A stretch of DNA of 64,000 nucleotides from Dehalococcoidia bacterium (GCA_041494685.1 JBGQBE010000004.1:62001-126000), one strand, 5' to 3'. Shown: positions 38,511 to 47,803, numbered from the stretch's first letter. A program made the numbers and translations. Notes: generated by a model not told the origin, from the letters alone.

Positions 38511-39659
38511 TCACTCGAAGCAGCCGAGTTCGCGGGCGATGATGTGCTTCTGGATCTCGCTGGTGCCCTCGGCGATCGTCGTCGCGCGGATGTCGCGGTA
38601 GTATCGCGAGACCGGCGTCTCGTCCATGTAGCCCATGCCGCCGAAGATCTGGACGGCGTGATCCGCCGCCCGTTTTCCCATCTCCGTGCAGAAGAGCTTG
38701 GCCATCGCTGCCTCCTTCGCGTACGGGACGCGCGCGTCGTGCATGCGGCAGGCCTTGTCGCGGAGCAGCCGCCCCAGTTCGACTTCGAGCGCCATCTCGA
38801 CGAGCATGCCCTGGACGTGCTGGAACCGGCTGATCGGCCGCTTGAACGCGACGCGGGACTTCGCGTGCGCGAGCGACACCTCCAGGCACTGCGCCGCCAG
38901 CCCGACCGCCTGCGACGCAAGGTAGAGCCGCGTGATGTGAAAGCCCCCGCCGACGATCGCCTGGCGGCCGCTGCCGCGTCCGCCCAGCAGGTTCATGCGC
39001 GGCACGCGGCAGCCATCGAAGAACAGCTCGCGCGTGTCCGACGACCGCATGCCCATCTTGCCGAGCGCCGGCCCCATCGTGAAGCCGGGCGTGCCTGCCG
39101 GCACGATCACGATGCCGAACCCCTCGTCCGTGCGGCAGAGCACCATCGCGAACGCGCACATCTCGAGCCCCGCGTTGCTGATGAAGATCTTGGCGCCGTC
39201 GAGCACCCATTCCCCGCCATCGAGGACGGCGCGCGTCTTCAGCGCGGCGGTGTCCGAGCCCGCGTCGGGCTCGGTGATCGCGCCGGCGCTGACGATCTCG
39301 CCGCGGACCGTCGGGATGATGTACCGATCCCGCCACGCCGCAAGCTGTTCGTCGCCGCCGTGCACCATCGACTGCGCGCCCTGGATGCCGACCCACAGCG
39401 TCAGCGCCAGCGACATGTCCGCGCGGCTGAGCTCTTCCAGCGCCAGGCAGAACGACAGCGTGTCGGCGTCGCTGCCGCCGAACTCCTCGCCGAACAGCAT
39501 GCCGGGCAGGCCCAGCGCGCCGAGCCGGCGGTAGAGGCCGGCGTCGAAGCGCGCGTCGCGGTCTCGCTCCGCGGCCTGCGGCGCGACCTCTTTCCGCGCG
39601 AATTCGCGGACCGTCCGCTGCACCTGGAGCTGGGTCTCGGTATAGCCGTTCGGGTCCAT
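38511..39659 (-). CDS. Acyl-CoA dehydrogenase
   Basis: AITEPDAGSD, GAKIFISNA, KMGMRSSDT, QIFGGMGY, EGTSEIQ; start ATG 39659. Confidence 0.93.
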   Translation of the reverse strand: MDPNGYTETQLQVQRTVREFARKEVAPQAAERDRDARFDAGLYRRLGALGLPGMLFGEEFGGSDADTLSFCLALEELSRADMSLALTLWVGIQGAQSMVHGGDEQLAAWRDRYIIPTVRGEIVSAGAITEPDAGSDTAALKTRAVLDGGEWVLDGAKIFISNAGLEMCAFAMVLCRTDEGFGIVIVPAGTPGFTMGPALGKMGMRSSDTRELFFDGCRVPRMNLLGGRGSGRQAIVGGGFHITRLYLASQAVGLAAQCLEVSLAHAKSRVAFKRPISRFQHVQGMLVEMALEVELGRLLRDKACRMHDARVPYAKEAAMAKLFCTEMGKRAADHAVQIFGGMGYMDETPVSRYYRDIRATTIAEGTSEIQKHIIARELGCFE

Positions 39660-39696
39660 GGCGCTCTCCTCGCTTCGGCTCACTGGAAACGGGGAG

Positions 39697-41277
39697 CTAG
39701 AGTAGCGCGATCTGTTCCGCATAGCTTCTGTAGATCGCTGGAACTAACTCCACGATGGTGTCGGCGGGCACATTGCCTAGCTCTCTCGGTTCGAGTTTGT
39801 GGAGCCCGCCGCCGTACACGCGACCATTTCCAACGAGCGTCGCGGCTGTGATCTCTTTGAGTGCCAGCCACATTTCACGACCCAACTCGGGTCGTTCCTT
39901 CAGCGCTCTCGCCAACGGGCCCTTCGGGTAGAGCATCAGATAGACATTCGCCGCAGTCGCCTTCGATCGATTCAAGATGAACCGAAATCCGCTGCCACCG
40001 CCGTCCTGCCGCGACATGTACGTTGTCAAGAACGGACTGGCAGGCCGGTCTTCCTGGGCATACCACGGCGATCTATGCAGCGACAGGTATCCCTCATGCA
40101 CGCCCTGCACGATTCCGGCCGCCAGGTACGCCCAGAGCTTTGGGAACCGACCTTCGATCTCTTTCTCCCCAAGTCGACAGTTCAAGAGGAACAAACGCCG
40201 CTCGACCTTGGGCAAACCATTCTCGTCTGCTTCGACCTCATCACTCGCCAGGTGACGTGGGCTTGGCAGAATTGGCTGAAGAAACTCTGCTGGCAGCTCT
40301 AGCTTCGCCGCCTTCTCCTCATTCAGGATGAAGAAGTCATTGCTTCCCGTAGCGAGCCCGCGCTTGATATCGAACACATCTCGCAGCCTCATGGTCCCAG
40401 CACCGGCGTCCGCCGCCTCGGATGTCTTCGTGGCCAAACCCGTCCATTTCGCTTCGGTACGGAGCGCTGTCACTGGTGTCGATCGCAACATGGTTGGCCG
40501 CGAGAGCGATCCGCCGTACGTGAACTGTGCTGTGTGATTGGCTGACGGACGGCCCTTCTTGAAACAGACGACCACGGACGACACCAATGCGTCGTCGAAC
40601 TGAAGATCGTTTGGGTCGAACCTGTGCACGCGCAGTAGGGTCACATCGTCAAGCAGATACTGCTTGATCACTCTCCCATAGTTCACATCTAGAAATTCAC
40701 TGGGAACTAGCCACAAGGCCAGCCCGTCGTCTGCCATCCACGAATGACATTGAAGTAAGAAATAGCAGTAGAGCCCGGCGAGCCCGCTGAGGCGGCGGCC
40801 AGTAGATTTGAAGACCTGACCTTGAAGAGATGCCTTCGCGTCTCTGTCCAAATGGTGATGCCGCACGTAAGGTGGGTTGCAGATCACGAGATTCGGTAGC
40901 CGAGCGGCATCATCACCGGGCATGGCGCCCATAAAGTCCGTAGCAACTACTTCAAGCGATGAGGTCCGCCACAACTCCTTAGCTGCGTCGGCTACGACGT
41001 GATCCACTTCGTAGCCGACGGCACTGTCCACCGCCGCAGCCTCGAACTCTCTTTGCAGCGCGGCGTAGAACGACCCTGTACCAAGCGCAGGATCTAAGAA
41101 ACGCACGCGCTGCTCAGCGGGTGTGAGCAGCCGCGCGAATCTGAGTATTTCATCCGCAAGCTTCGTCGGAGTCGCGAACTGACCCAACTTATTGCGCTCA
41201 CTCGGAGTCTTCAGCGCGTCGAGCTCGTCCTGAAGGGTGAGCCTCTCGGCCTCGCGATCGCGAATGGCAATCGTCAT
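39697..41277 (-). CDS. Type II DNA N6-adenine methyltransferase (gamma class)
   Basis: GQFATP, LDPALGTGSF (motif I) before NPPY (motif IV), YGGGLHKLEPREL. Confidence 0.92.
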   Translation of the reverse strand: MTIAIRDREAERLTLQDELDALKTPSERNKLGQFATPTKLADEILRFARLLTPAEQRVRFLDPALGTGSFYAALQREFEAAAVDSAVGYEVDHVVADAAKELWRTSSLEVVATDFMGAMPGDDAARLPNLVICNPPYVRHHHLDRDAKASLQGQVFKSTGRRLSGLAGLYCYFLLQCHSWMADDGLALWLVPSEFLDVNYGRVIKQYLLDDVTLLRVHRFDPNDLQFDDALVSSVVVCFKKGRPSANHTAQFTYGGSLSRPTMLRSTPVTALRTEAKWTGLATKTSEAADAGAGTMRLRDVFDIKRGLATGSNDFFILNEEKAAKLELPAEFLQPILPSPRHLASDEVEADENGLPKVERRLFLLNCRLGEKEIEGRFPKLWAYLAAGIVQGVHEGYLSLHRSPWYAQEDRPASPFLTTYMSRQDGGGSGFRFILNRSKATAANVYLMLYPKGPLARALKERPELGREMWLALKEITAATLVGNGRVYGGGLHKLEPRELGNVPADTIVELVPAIYRSYAEQIALL

Positions 41278-42240
41278 CTACACACCGAATTCCACCAGAT
41301 CGTCCATCCGATGCTCCCATACCCAGTCGATGCCCTCGGCGGCTTCGTATCCCAGATACCCACTATCGAAGTAACCGCATAGGAACAGGACGAATCGGAC
41401 GCCAGACCCATATGTATCCCTCAGCTGGGATATCTTCTGTGCTTCCTCTTTCCGCCGCTTGTTCGTGTTCGTAAAGTCGCCGGCCGACTTCGCTTCGATA
41501 AGCAGCGGAAAGTCGGCCGGGACACTTGCCTTCCGCTTTATCGCGACGTCGATGGGGATGTTCACGGTTCGACTACCATCGTTGAGCTTAACCGGGACAT
41601 TCACTCTGAAGCCGAACGTGCCTGGCTGCATGCTGTCGTATTTCAACCCCTCGCCGCTACCGATGAACTTATACCCTTTCGCCTCAAGCCATACGCGAAT
41701 CGCCCTCAATTGTCGCGCTTCTTGCGCGTTTCTGATTATCGGGTCGGACCGAGAACCGCATAGTCGATCCGCTACGATCGTGGCGGCTCGATGCCGTTCA
41801 CTCGGTCTGGGCTTCGACTTCGTCGGAAACCACGGGAAAATGTCTACGTCCACGAGGCGCGCGATCATTTCACCGATCTTGTTCAACTGGCCATCGACAG
41901 CCGCTACCGATCGACCCTCCGGCACTCGCCCGGTGAGCTCCATGGTTCTGACCAAGCTAGGGGACACCGCCGCCAGTCCTATCAACCGGTCTCGCGCGAT
42001 CGGCGGCGCCGTGGACATGCGCAACATGGGGAGCACGGTCGGATGCTCTCGAAGCTTCGCCGGGGTAATGTCGGCAAGGTTATTCGTGAGCGTCAGTGCC
42101 TCTTCGACTGACGATGTCGCCGAGACGCGTTCATCGCGATACGCCTTCGGCGCGAAGTTCAGGAACCACGAATTGTAGAGATCGACGGACGCAGCGATAT
42201 CCGCTTTCCACAGCTGAGGCTTGTCCGCGTTGACTCCCAA
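41278..42240 (-). CDS. XamI-family type II restriction endonuclease
   Basis: VNADKPQLWKADIAASVDLYNSWF, DPIIRNAQE, LIEAKSAGDFTNTNKRRKEEA, YEAAEGIDWVWEHR; TTG start 42240. Confidence 0.85.
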   Translation of the reverse strand: MGVNADKPQLWKADIAASVDLYNSWFLNFAPKAYRDERVSATSSVEEALTLTNNLADITPAKLREHPTVLPMLRMSTAPPIARDRLIGLAAVSPSLVRTMELTGRVPEGRSVAAVDGQLNKIGEMIARLVDVDIFPWFPTKSKPRPSERHRAATIVADRLCGSRSDPIIRNAQEARQLRAIRVWLEAKGYKFIGSGEGLKYDSMQPGTFGFRVNVPVKLNDGSRTVNIPIDVAIKRKASVPADFPLLIEAKSAGDFTNTNKRRKEEAQKISQLRDTYGSGVRFVLFLCGYFDSGYLGYEAAEGIDWVWEHRMDDLVEFGV

Positions 42241-42369
42241 CGACACACCTTCCCGTTTGAGATCCGCTTTGACGAATATACACCAGCGGAGCCCGAGGAG
42301 CGTTCGCCGCCAGGCAGGGAAGGTGGGTTGGCCGGCGCAAGCTCTCCGGCCTCCAGCAGCCCGCCCGTA

Positions 42370-42399
42370 TTGACACCTGCGGGGCGGCGTTGGTACGCT
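42370..42399 (+). promoter_or_regulatory. Promoter of the thrC-like operon
   Basis: TTGACA-N18-TACGCT with a TG extension; second -10-like CATAAT at 42429-42434. Confidence 0.5.
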
Positions 42400-42443
42400 C
42401 AACCGATTCCGCCGCGAGGCGGACTTCCCATAATCGGAGCGTT

Positions 42444-42506
42444 ATGAACATCCTCCACATGGCGATGCCTCTGCCCCGGACCCGCCGGGGCGCCCAGCCG
42501 GGATAG
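42444..42506 (+). CDS. Putative Met-rich leader peptide MNILHMAMPLPRTRRGAQPG
   Basis: ATG 42444 to TAG 42506; GGAG upstream; Met at codons 1, 6 and 8; contains sequences complementary to the downstream SD. Confidence 0.5.
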   Translation: MNILHMAMPLPRTRRGAQPG

Positions 42507-42585
42507 CCACATCCCTGCCCATACGGGCTTGCCCGCACGCCTGCGCCACGCGCACGGCGCCGCGGACAGAGGAGGAACACCGCTC

Positions 42586-43830
42586 ATGCCGTACGCCAAG
42601 GCCCTGCGCTGTCGAGAGTGCGGGCGCGAATACCCACTGGAACCCCTGCACGTCTGCGAGTTCTGCTTCGGCCCCCTCGAAGTCTCGTACGACTACGAGG
42701 CGATGCACCGCAACATCACGCGCGAGACGATCGAGCGCGGCCCACACTCCGTCTGGCGCTACGCCGACCTGCTGCCCGCGGACCCGGCGTACATCGTCGA
42801 CATCAACGCCGGCTTCACGCCGCTGATCCGCGCCCGCAACCTGGGCGAGCACCTGGGGCTGAAGAACCTCTGGATCAAGAACGACTGCGCGAACCCGACC
42901 TGGTCGTTCAAGGACCGCGTCGTGACGGTGGCCGCCACGAAGGCGCGCGAGTTCGGCTTCACGACGCTGGCGTGCGCCTCCACCGGCAACCTGGCGAACA
43001 GCGTCTCCGCCCACGCCGCGTCGGCCGGGCTGGAGGCGTACGTCTTCATCCCGAGCGACCTCGAACGCGGCAAGATCCTCGGCTCGAGCGTCTATGGCGC
43101 GACGCTGGTGGCCGTGGACGGCAACTACGACGACGTCAACCGGCTCTGCTCCGAGTTGGCGGACAAGTACCCCTGGGCGTTCGTCAACATCAACATGCGG
43201 CCGTACTACGCCGAAGGCAGCAAGACGCTGGGCTACGAGGTCGCGGAGCAGCTGGGCTGGCGCGCACCGGAGCACGTCGTGGCGCCGATGGCGTCGGGCT
43301 CGCTGTACGTGAAGATCTGGAAGGGGCTGCAGGAACTGGCGAAGCTCTGGCTGATCGACTCGGTGCAGACGAAGATGTCCGGGGCGCAGGCCCGCGGCTG
43401 CTCGCCTATCATCACCGCGTACGAAAACGGCACCACCAACATCCGCCCTGTGAAGCCGAAGACGATCGCGAAGTCGCTGGCGATCGGCAACCCGGCCGAC
43501 GGCTACTACGCGCTGAAGGTGATGGAGGAGTCCGGCGGCTTCGGCGTCGCATCGGACGACCCGGAGATCATCGACGGCATCAAGCTGCTGGCGGAGTCCG
43601 AGGGCATCTTCGCGGAGACGGCCGGCGGCGTCGTCATCGCCGGGCTGCAGAAGCTGGCACGCGACGGGAAGATCCAGCCGGACGAGCTGACGGTCGCGTA
43701 CATCACGGGTGCGGGGCTGAAGACGCAGGAAGCGATCGAGGACCACGTCGCGCTGCCGCTGCACATCGAGCCGACGATGGCGTCGTTCGAGCAGGCGATG
43801 GGCGCGCGGAGCGCCGCGGCGGCGGTGTGA
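42586..43830 (+). CDS. thrC: Threonine synthase-like PLP enzyme
   Basis: N-terminal CREC...CEFC, NPTWSFKDR, CASTGNLA, EGSKT, IAKSLAIGNPADG; GAGGAGG RBS. Confidence 0.88.
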   Translation: MPYAKALRCRECGREYPLEPLHVCEFCFGPLEVSYDYEAMHRNITRETIERGPHSVWRYADLLPADPAYIVDINAGFTPLIRARNLGEHLGLKNLWIKNDCANPTWSFKDRVVTVAATKAREFGFTTLACASTGNLANSVSAHAASAGLEAYVFIPSDLERGKILGSSVYGATLVAVDGNYDDVNRLCSELADKYPWAFVNINMRPYYAEGSKTLGYEVAEQLGWRAPEHVVAPMASGSLYVKIWKGLQELAKLWLIDSVQTKMSGAQARGCSPIITAYENGTTNIRPVKPKTIAKSLAIGNPADGYYALKVMEESGGFGVASDDPEIIDGIKLLAESEGIFAETAGGVVIAGLQKLARDGKIQPDELTVAYITGAGLKTQEAIEDHVALPLHIEPTMASFEQAMGARSAAAAV

Positions 43831-43846
43831 GACCGGGGCGCCGGCG

Positions 43847-43886
43847 CCCTCACCCCCGGCCCCTCTTCCTCAAGGCGAGAGGGGAG
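43847..43886. repeat. REP-like palindrome
   Basis: CCCTCACCCCCGGCCCCTCTTCCTCAAGGCGAGAGGGGAG. Confidence 0.65.
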
Positions 43887-43997
43887 GATGTGTCACGGAG
43901 TGAAGGCCCAACGGCCCCTGTAACGTCCGGGCAGGAACCTGTAACCTAACGTCCACGCCGGCCGGCCGCCGGCAGCAACACACTGAGGACTGACATC

Positions 43998-44240
43998 ATG
44001 GCCCGACAACGCGTGAAATTCACCTTCCCGCAGGAGCTCATCACCCTGCCGATCATCTACGAGCTCGGCAAGCAGTTCAATCTGGTCACGAACGTCCGCC
44101 GCGCCGACGTCACCGAGGACCGCGGCTGGGTCGTGCTCGAACTCGACGGCGTGATGGAGGAGATCGAGCGCGCGCTCGACTGGGTCGCGTCGAAAGGCGT
44201 GCGCGTGGACCCGGTGCAAGGAGACATCGTCGAGGGGTGA
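43998..44240 (+). CDS. Stand-alone NIL domain protein
   Basis: VKFTFPQELITLPIIYELGKQFNLVTNVRRADVTEDRGWVVLELDG. Confidence 0.88.
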   Translation: MARQRVKFTFPQELITLPIIYELGKQFNLVTNVRRADVTEDRGWVVLELDGVMEEIERALDWVASKGVRVDPVQGDIVEG

Positions 44241-44261
44241 GCGCCGGGCGCTGCGCGCCCA

Positions 44262-44289
44262 AGAACAGACAACAGACAGCAGACGACAG
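44262..44289. repeat. Heptamer tandem repeat (ACAACAG)x4
   Basis: agaacag acaacag acagcag acgacag; inverted copy at 45427-45447. Confidence 0.75.
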
Positions 44290-44334
44290 AACGGTGAGCG
44301 CTGCGCGCTCGCAGTTAGCTAGGAATCTGACACC

Positions 44335-44610
44335 ATGGCCAAGATCCGAATCCCGCAGCCGCTCCGCAGACTGACGAACGACGTCGATATCGTGACGGTC
44401 GATGCGGCCACGTTGTCCGATGCGGTCGACAAGCTCGAGGGCAGCTTCCCGGGGATCAAGGAGCGCATCTGCGACGAGAGCGGCGAGATCCGCCGCTTCG
44501 TAAACATCTACATCAACGGCGAAGACGTCCGCTTCCTGGACAGCCTCGGCACGAAGCTTGCGGCGTCCGACGAGGTGAGCATCGTGCCGGCGGTCGCCGG
44601 CGGCGCGTAG
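44335..44610 (+). CDS. MoaD/ThiS/CysO-family ubiquitin-like sulfur carrier
   Basis: IRIPQPLR...RRFVNIYINGEDVRFL...VSIVPAVAGGA. Confidence 0.92.
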   Translation: MAKIRIPQPLRRLTNDVDIVTVDAATLSDAVDKLEGSFPGIKERICDESGEIRRFVNIYINGEDVRFLDSLGTKLAASDEVSIVPAVAGGA

Positions 44611-44777
44611 CCGCGCGCACGAGCGACGGCGGCGACCATCCACAGACGACACAGATTGATTGCTGTTGGGGCGCGGTGCGGCGCGCCCTGCCTCGTCCGG
44701 GCGCAGCGGGCTGCGCCCCTACGTGTCGCGCGCGCCGATGGGCAGGGCGGGCCTGCACGCAGGTGATGCTGATGCTG

Positions 44778-45281
44778 CTACGCGGCGCCCAGCACCTGCG
44801 CGACGTGTGCGGCGTGCTCCGCGACGTGCGCCGGCACGCTGCGGAACAGCTCTGCCAGCGTCTGCGTCTCGCCGAACGCACGCACGGTGACGCCCAGCTC
44901 CCTTTCGTCCGTCGCCTCCAGGACCGCGAGCTCCCGCGCCATGCCCGCGTCGAAGTCCGCCAGCACCGAGGCCGGCGTCGCCTTGCGTGATGCGATGCGC
45001 ACGCGCAGCTCGCTCGCCTTGAGCAGCAGCGGCATCAGGAGCGCGGGCGGGTTCAGCGCCTTGCCCTTCTTCGCGCCCTCGATCTGCCCTGTGACGAACG
45101 CCACGGACCCGCCGACGTGCCACGCCAGCTGCCCGCACGTCCACGCCGGGATGCCGCTCTGCTGCTTCCAGTGCGCCTCGCCGATCCGCGCCACCAGATC
45201 GTGAAACTGTGCCTGCGCGGCCTGGAGCTCGGCTCGGAGTTCCGCGCGGCCTGGTGCCGCATTCGCTGTCGTCTCGTTCAT
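44778..45281 (-). CDS. DinB / mycothiol maleylpyruvate isomerase N-terminal-like protein
   Basis: WTCGQLAWH...HVAEH; start ATG 45281. Confidence 0.75.
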   Translation of the reverse strand: MNETTANAAPGRAELRAELQAAQAQFHDLVARIGEAHWKQQSGIPAWTCGQLAWHVGGSVAFVTGQIEGAKKGKALNPPALLMPLLLKASELRVRIASRKATPASVLADFDAGMARELAVLEATDERELGVTVRAFGETQTLAELFRSVPAHVAEHAAHVAQVLGAA

Positions 45282-45512
45282 GCTGCCACCTGTCGCATTA
45301 CGCCGCCCCGGCGGGTCAGGACCTGCCACGCGCCGCGGTGGGCGAGCGGTGCGGGTAGCATACACCTCCGGCGGTACCCGCTTCTCACCGCTCGCCTCCC
45401 GCCTCTCCCGCCCGCTGCCGGATCCTCTGCTGTCTGCTGTCTGTTGTGTCGCCTGTTGCCTGCCCTGCACCCGCCCCTGTAACCAGCCGCCGCGAGCCGG
45501 TACCCTACTGCC

Positions 45513-46559
45513 ATGCTGAAAGCCGCCATCCTCAACGTCACCGGATACGCCGGCGCCGAGCTGGCGAGGCTGCTGCACGGCCACCCGGACGTCCGGCTCA
45601 CAGCTGTCACCGGCCGCAGCGCCGCCGGCAAGCGCCTCGCCGAGGTCTTTCCGCACCTCTGGCCGATCGACCTGCCGATCGTCGAGGCGGCCCCGGACGA
45701 CGCCGACGTCGTCTTCTCGGCGCTGCCCCACGCCGCGGCGGCGGAGCAGCTCGTGCCGCTGATCGAGGCCGGCCGCAACGTGATCGACCTCAGCGCCGAC
45801 TTCCGCCTCAAGCGGGCCGACGAATACGAAGCGCACTACAAGGTCGTCCACCCCGCGCCGCACCTGCTCCAGCGGGCCGTCTTCGGCCTGCCCGAGCTGC
45901 ACGCCGCGGAGCTGCGCGGGACGAAGCTGATCGCCGTGCCCGGCTGCCACTCCACCGGCGTCATCCTGGCGCTGGCGCCGGCGTTCGCAGCGGGCCTCAT
46001 CGAACCCCGCGTCATCGCCGACACGAAGACCGGCCTTTCGGGCGCGGGACGCACCCTGGGGCTGGCGGTCCACTTCTCGGAGGCGGACGAGAACGTCGCG
46101 CCGTACGGGCTGGACGGCCATCGCCACCGGCCGGAGATGACGCAGGAGCTGGCGGGCGTGGCGGAGGCGCCGGAGCCGGAGATCACGTTCGTGCCGCACT
46201 ACATCCCGATGACGCGCGGCATCCTCAGCACCTGCTACGCCACGCTCCGCCCCGGCGCGCTGCCGGGCGCGGACACGCCGGCGGCGGCACGGGAAGCGCT
46301 GCGCCGCGTCTACCGAGACTTCTACGCGGACGCGCCGTTCGTGCACATCAGCGACACGCCGCCGTCCACGAAGCATGTAGCCGGGACGAACTACTGCGTC
46401 ATCCACCCCAGTATCGACCTGCGCACAGGGCAGGTGGTGGTCGCGGGCGCGCTCGACAACCTGGGCAAGGGCGCGGCGGGCGCGGCCGTGCAGTGCATGA
46501 ACGTCATGCTGGGGCTGCCGGAGACGGCGGGCCTGCAGGCGCTCGGGCTGTTCCCGTAG
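45513..46559 (+). CDS. argC: N-acetyl-gamma-glutamyl-phosphate reductase
   Basis: TGYAGAEL, ALPH, DLSADFR, PGCH, SGAG, DNLGKGAAG. Confidence 0.95.
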   Translation: MLKAAILNVTGYAGAELARLLHGHPDVRLTAVTGRSAAGKRLAEVFPHLWPIDLPIVEAAPDDADVVFSALPHAAAAEQLVPLIEAGRNVIDLSADFRLKRADEYEAHYKVVHPAPHLLQRAVFGLPELHAAELRGTKLIAVPGCHSTGVILALAPAFAAGLIEPRVIADTKTGLSGAGRTLGLAVHFSEADENVAPYGLDGHRHRPEMTQELAGVAEAPEPEITFVPHYIPMTRGILSTCYATLRPGALPGADTPAAAREALRRVYRDFYADAPFVHISDTPPSTKHVAGTNYCVIHPSIDLRTGQVVVAGALDNLGKGAAGAAVQCMNVMLGLPETAGLQALGLFP

Positions 46560-47803
46560 TGACGCAGCGCAGCGCGCCGCGGGGCGCGCCGCCGGCCGGG
46601 GTCACCGTGATCGACGGGGGCAGCGCGACGACGCCGCGGGGCTTCATCGCGGGCGCGGTGTACGCCGGCATCAAGACGGCGGGCGCGGGCAAGCTGGACC
46701 TCGGCATCCTCGCGTCGGACGGGCCGGCGCACGCGGCCGCGATGTTCACGCGCAGCAACGTCAAGGGCGCGGCGGTGGTGGTGTCGCAGCGGCACGCGCG
46801 CAACGGCGCCGCACGGGGCGTCGTGGTGAACGCGGGCATCAGCAACGTCGCCAATGGTGCGCAGGGAATGCGCGACGCGGAAGAGATGTGCCGCCTGGCG
46901 GCCGCGGCGCTGGGCGCGGGCGACACGGACGTGCTGGTCGGCAGCACGGGGGTGATCGGCCACCCGCTGCCGATGGAGCGCATCCGCGCCGGCGTGCCGA
47001 AGATCAGGCTCAGCGCCGACGGCGGCCACGAATTCGCGCGGGCGATCATGACGACGGACACGCATCCGAAGACGATGGCGGTGCGATTCCGCGCCGCCGG
47101 CCGCGAGTACCGGATCGGCGCGGTGGCGAAGGGCGTCGGCATGATCCACCCGGACATGGCGACAATGTTCTGCTTCCTGACGACCGACGCCGCGATCGAG
47201 CGCCGCTACTTGCGCCGCGCCCTCAAGGCGGCGGTAGACGACTCGCTGAACATGATCAGCGTCGACGGCGACACCAGCACCAGCGACACGGCCGCGATCT
47301 TCGCGAACGGCGCGGCCGGCGGGCCGGAGATCGACGGCGCGCACGCGGGCGCGGCCGCGTTCGCGCGTGCGCTGCGGTACGTCTGCACCACGATGGCGAA
47401 GATGCTGGCGCGCGACGGCGAGGGCGCGGAGAAGCTGATCGAAGTGCGCATCGAGGGCGCGGCGAACGAGCGGCAGGCGCGCGCGGCGGCGCGCACGGTG
47501 ACGGCATCGCCGCTGGTGAAGACGGCGGTGCACGGCGCGGACCCCAACTGGGGGCGGCTGATGATGGCCGTCGGCCGCAGCGGCGCGCGCATCGACCTGG
47601 ACCGCGCGCGCGCCTGGCTGGGCGATATCATGGTGTTCCGCGGCCGCCCGCTGCCGTTCGATGAGCGGGCCGCAAGCGACTATCTGCGCAACGAGGAGGT
47701 GCTGCTCCGCGTGCACCTGGGCGCGGGCGGCGCAGCCGCCACGGCCTGGGGATGCGACCTGACGCCGGAGTACGTGCACATCAACAGTGACTACACCACC
47801 TGA
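46559..47803 (+). CDS. argJ: Bifunctional ornithine acetyltransferase/N-acetylglutamate synthase
   Basis: GTG 46559; STGVIG, IMTTDT, KGVGMIHPDMATM, DTSTSD, ARDGEGA, YVHINSDYTT. Confidence 0.95.
   Translation: MTQRSAPRGAPPAGVTVIDGGSATTPRGFIAGAVYAGIKTAGAGKLDLGILASDGPAHAAAMFTRSNVKGAAVVVSQRHARNGAARGVVVNAGISNVANGAQGMRDAEEMCRLAAAALGAGDTDVLVGSTGVIGHPLPMERIRAGVPKIRLSADGGHEFARAIMTTDTHPKTMAVRFRAAGREYRIGAVAKGVGMIHPDMATMFCFLTTDAAIERRYLRRALKAAVDDSLNMISVDGDTSTSDTAAIFANGAAGGPEIDGAHAGAAAFARALRYVCTTMAKMLARDGEGAEKLIEVRIEGAANERQARAAARTVTASPLVKTAVHGADPNWGRLMMAVGRSGARIDLDRARAWLGDIMVFRGRPLPFDERAASDYLRNEEVLLRVHLGAGGAAATAWGCDLTPEYVHINSDYTT

Noticed and set aside
42400..42585. SAM-I/SAM-IV riboswitch or T-box before thrC
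   Set aside because: I could not find the ATC..GAG...GCAACC...GTGC core or the T-box TGGnACC motif by eye; an Rfam scan is needed for a firm exclusion.
45446..46558. Long N-terminal extension of argJ (785-aa ORF)
   Set aside because: Out-of-frame overlap with argC; ArgJ homology starts at GTG 46559. Similar over-extensions were trimmed for csrA, larE, ligA, purF and the DinB-like gene.
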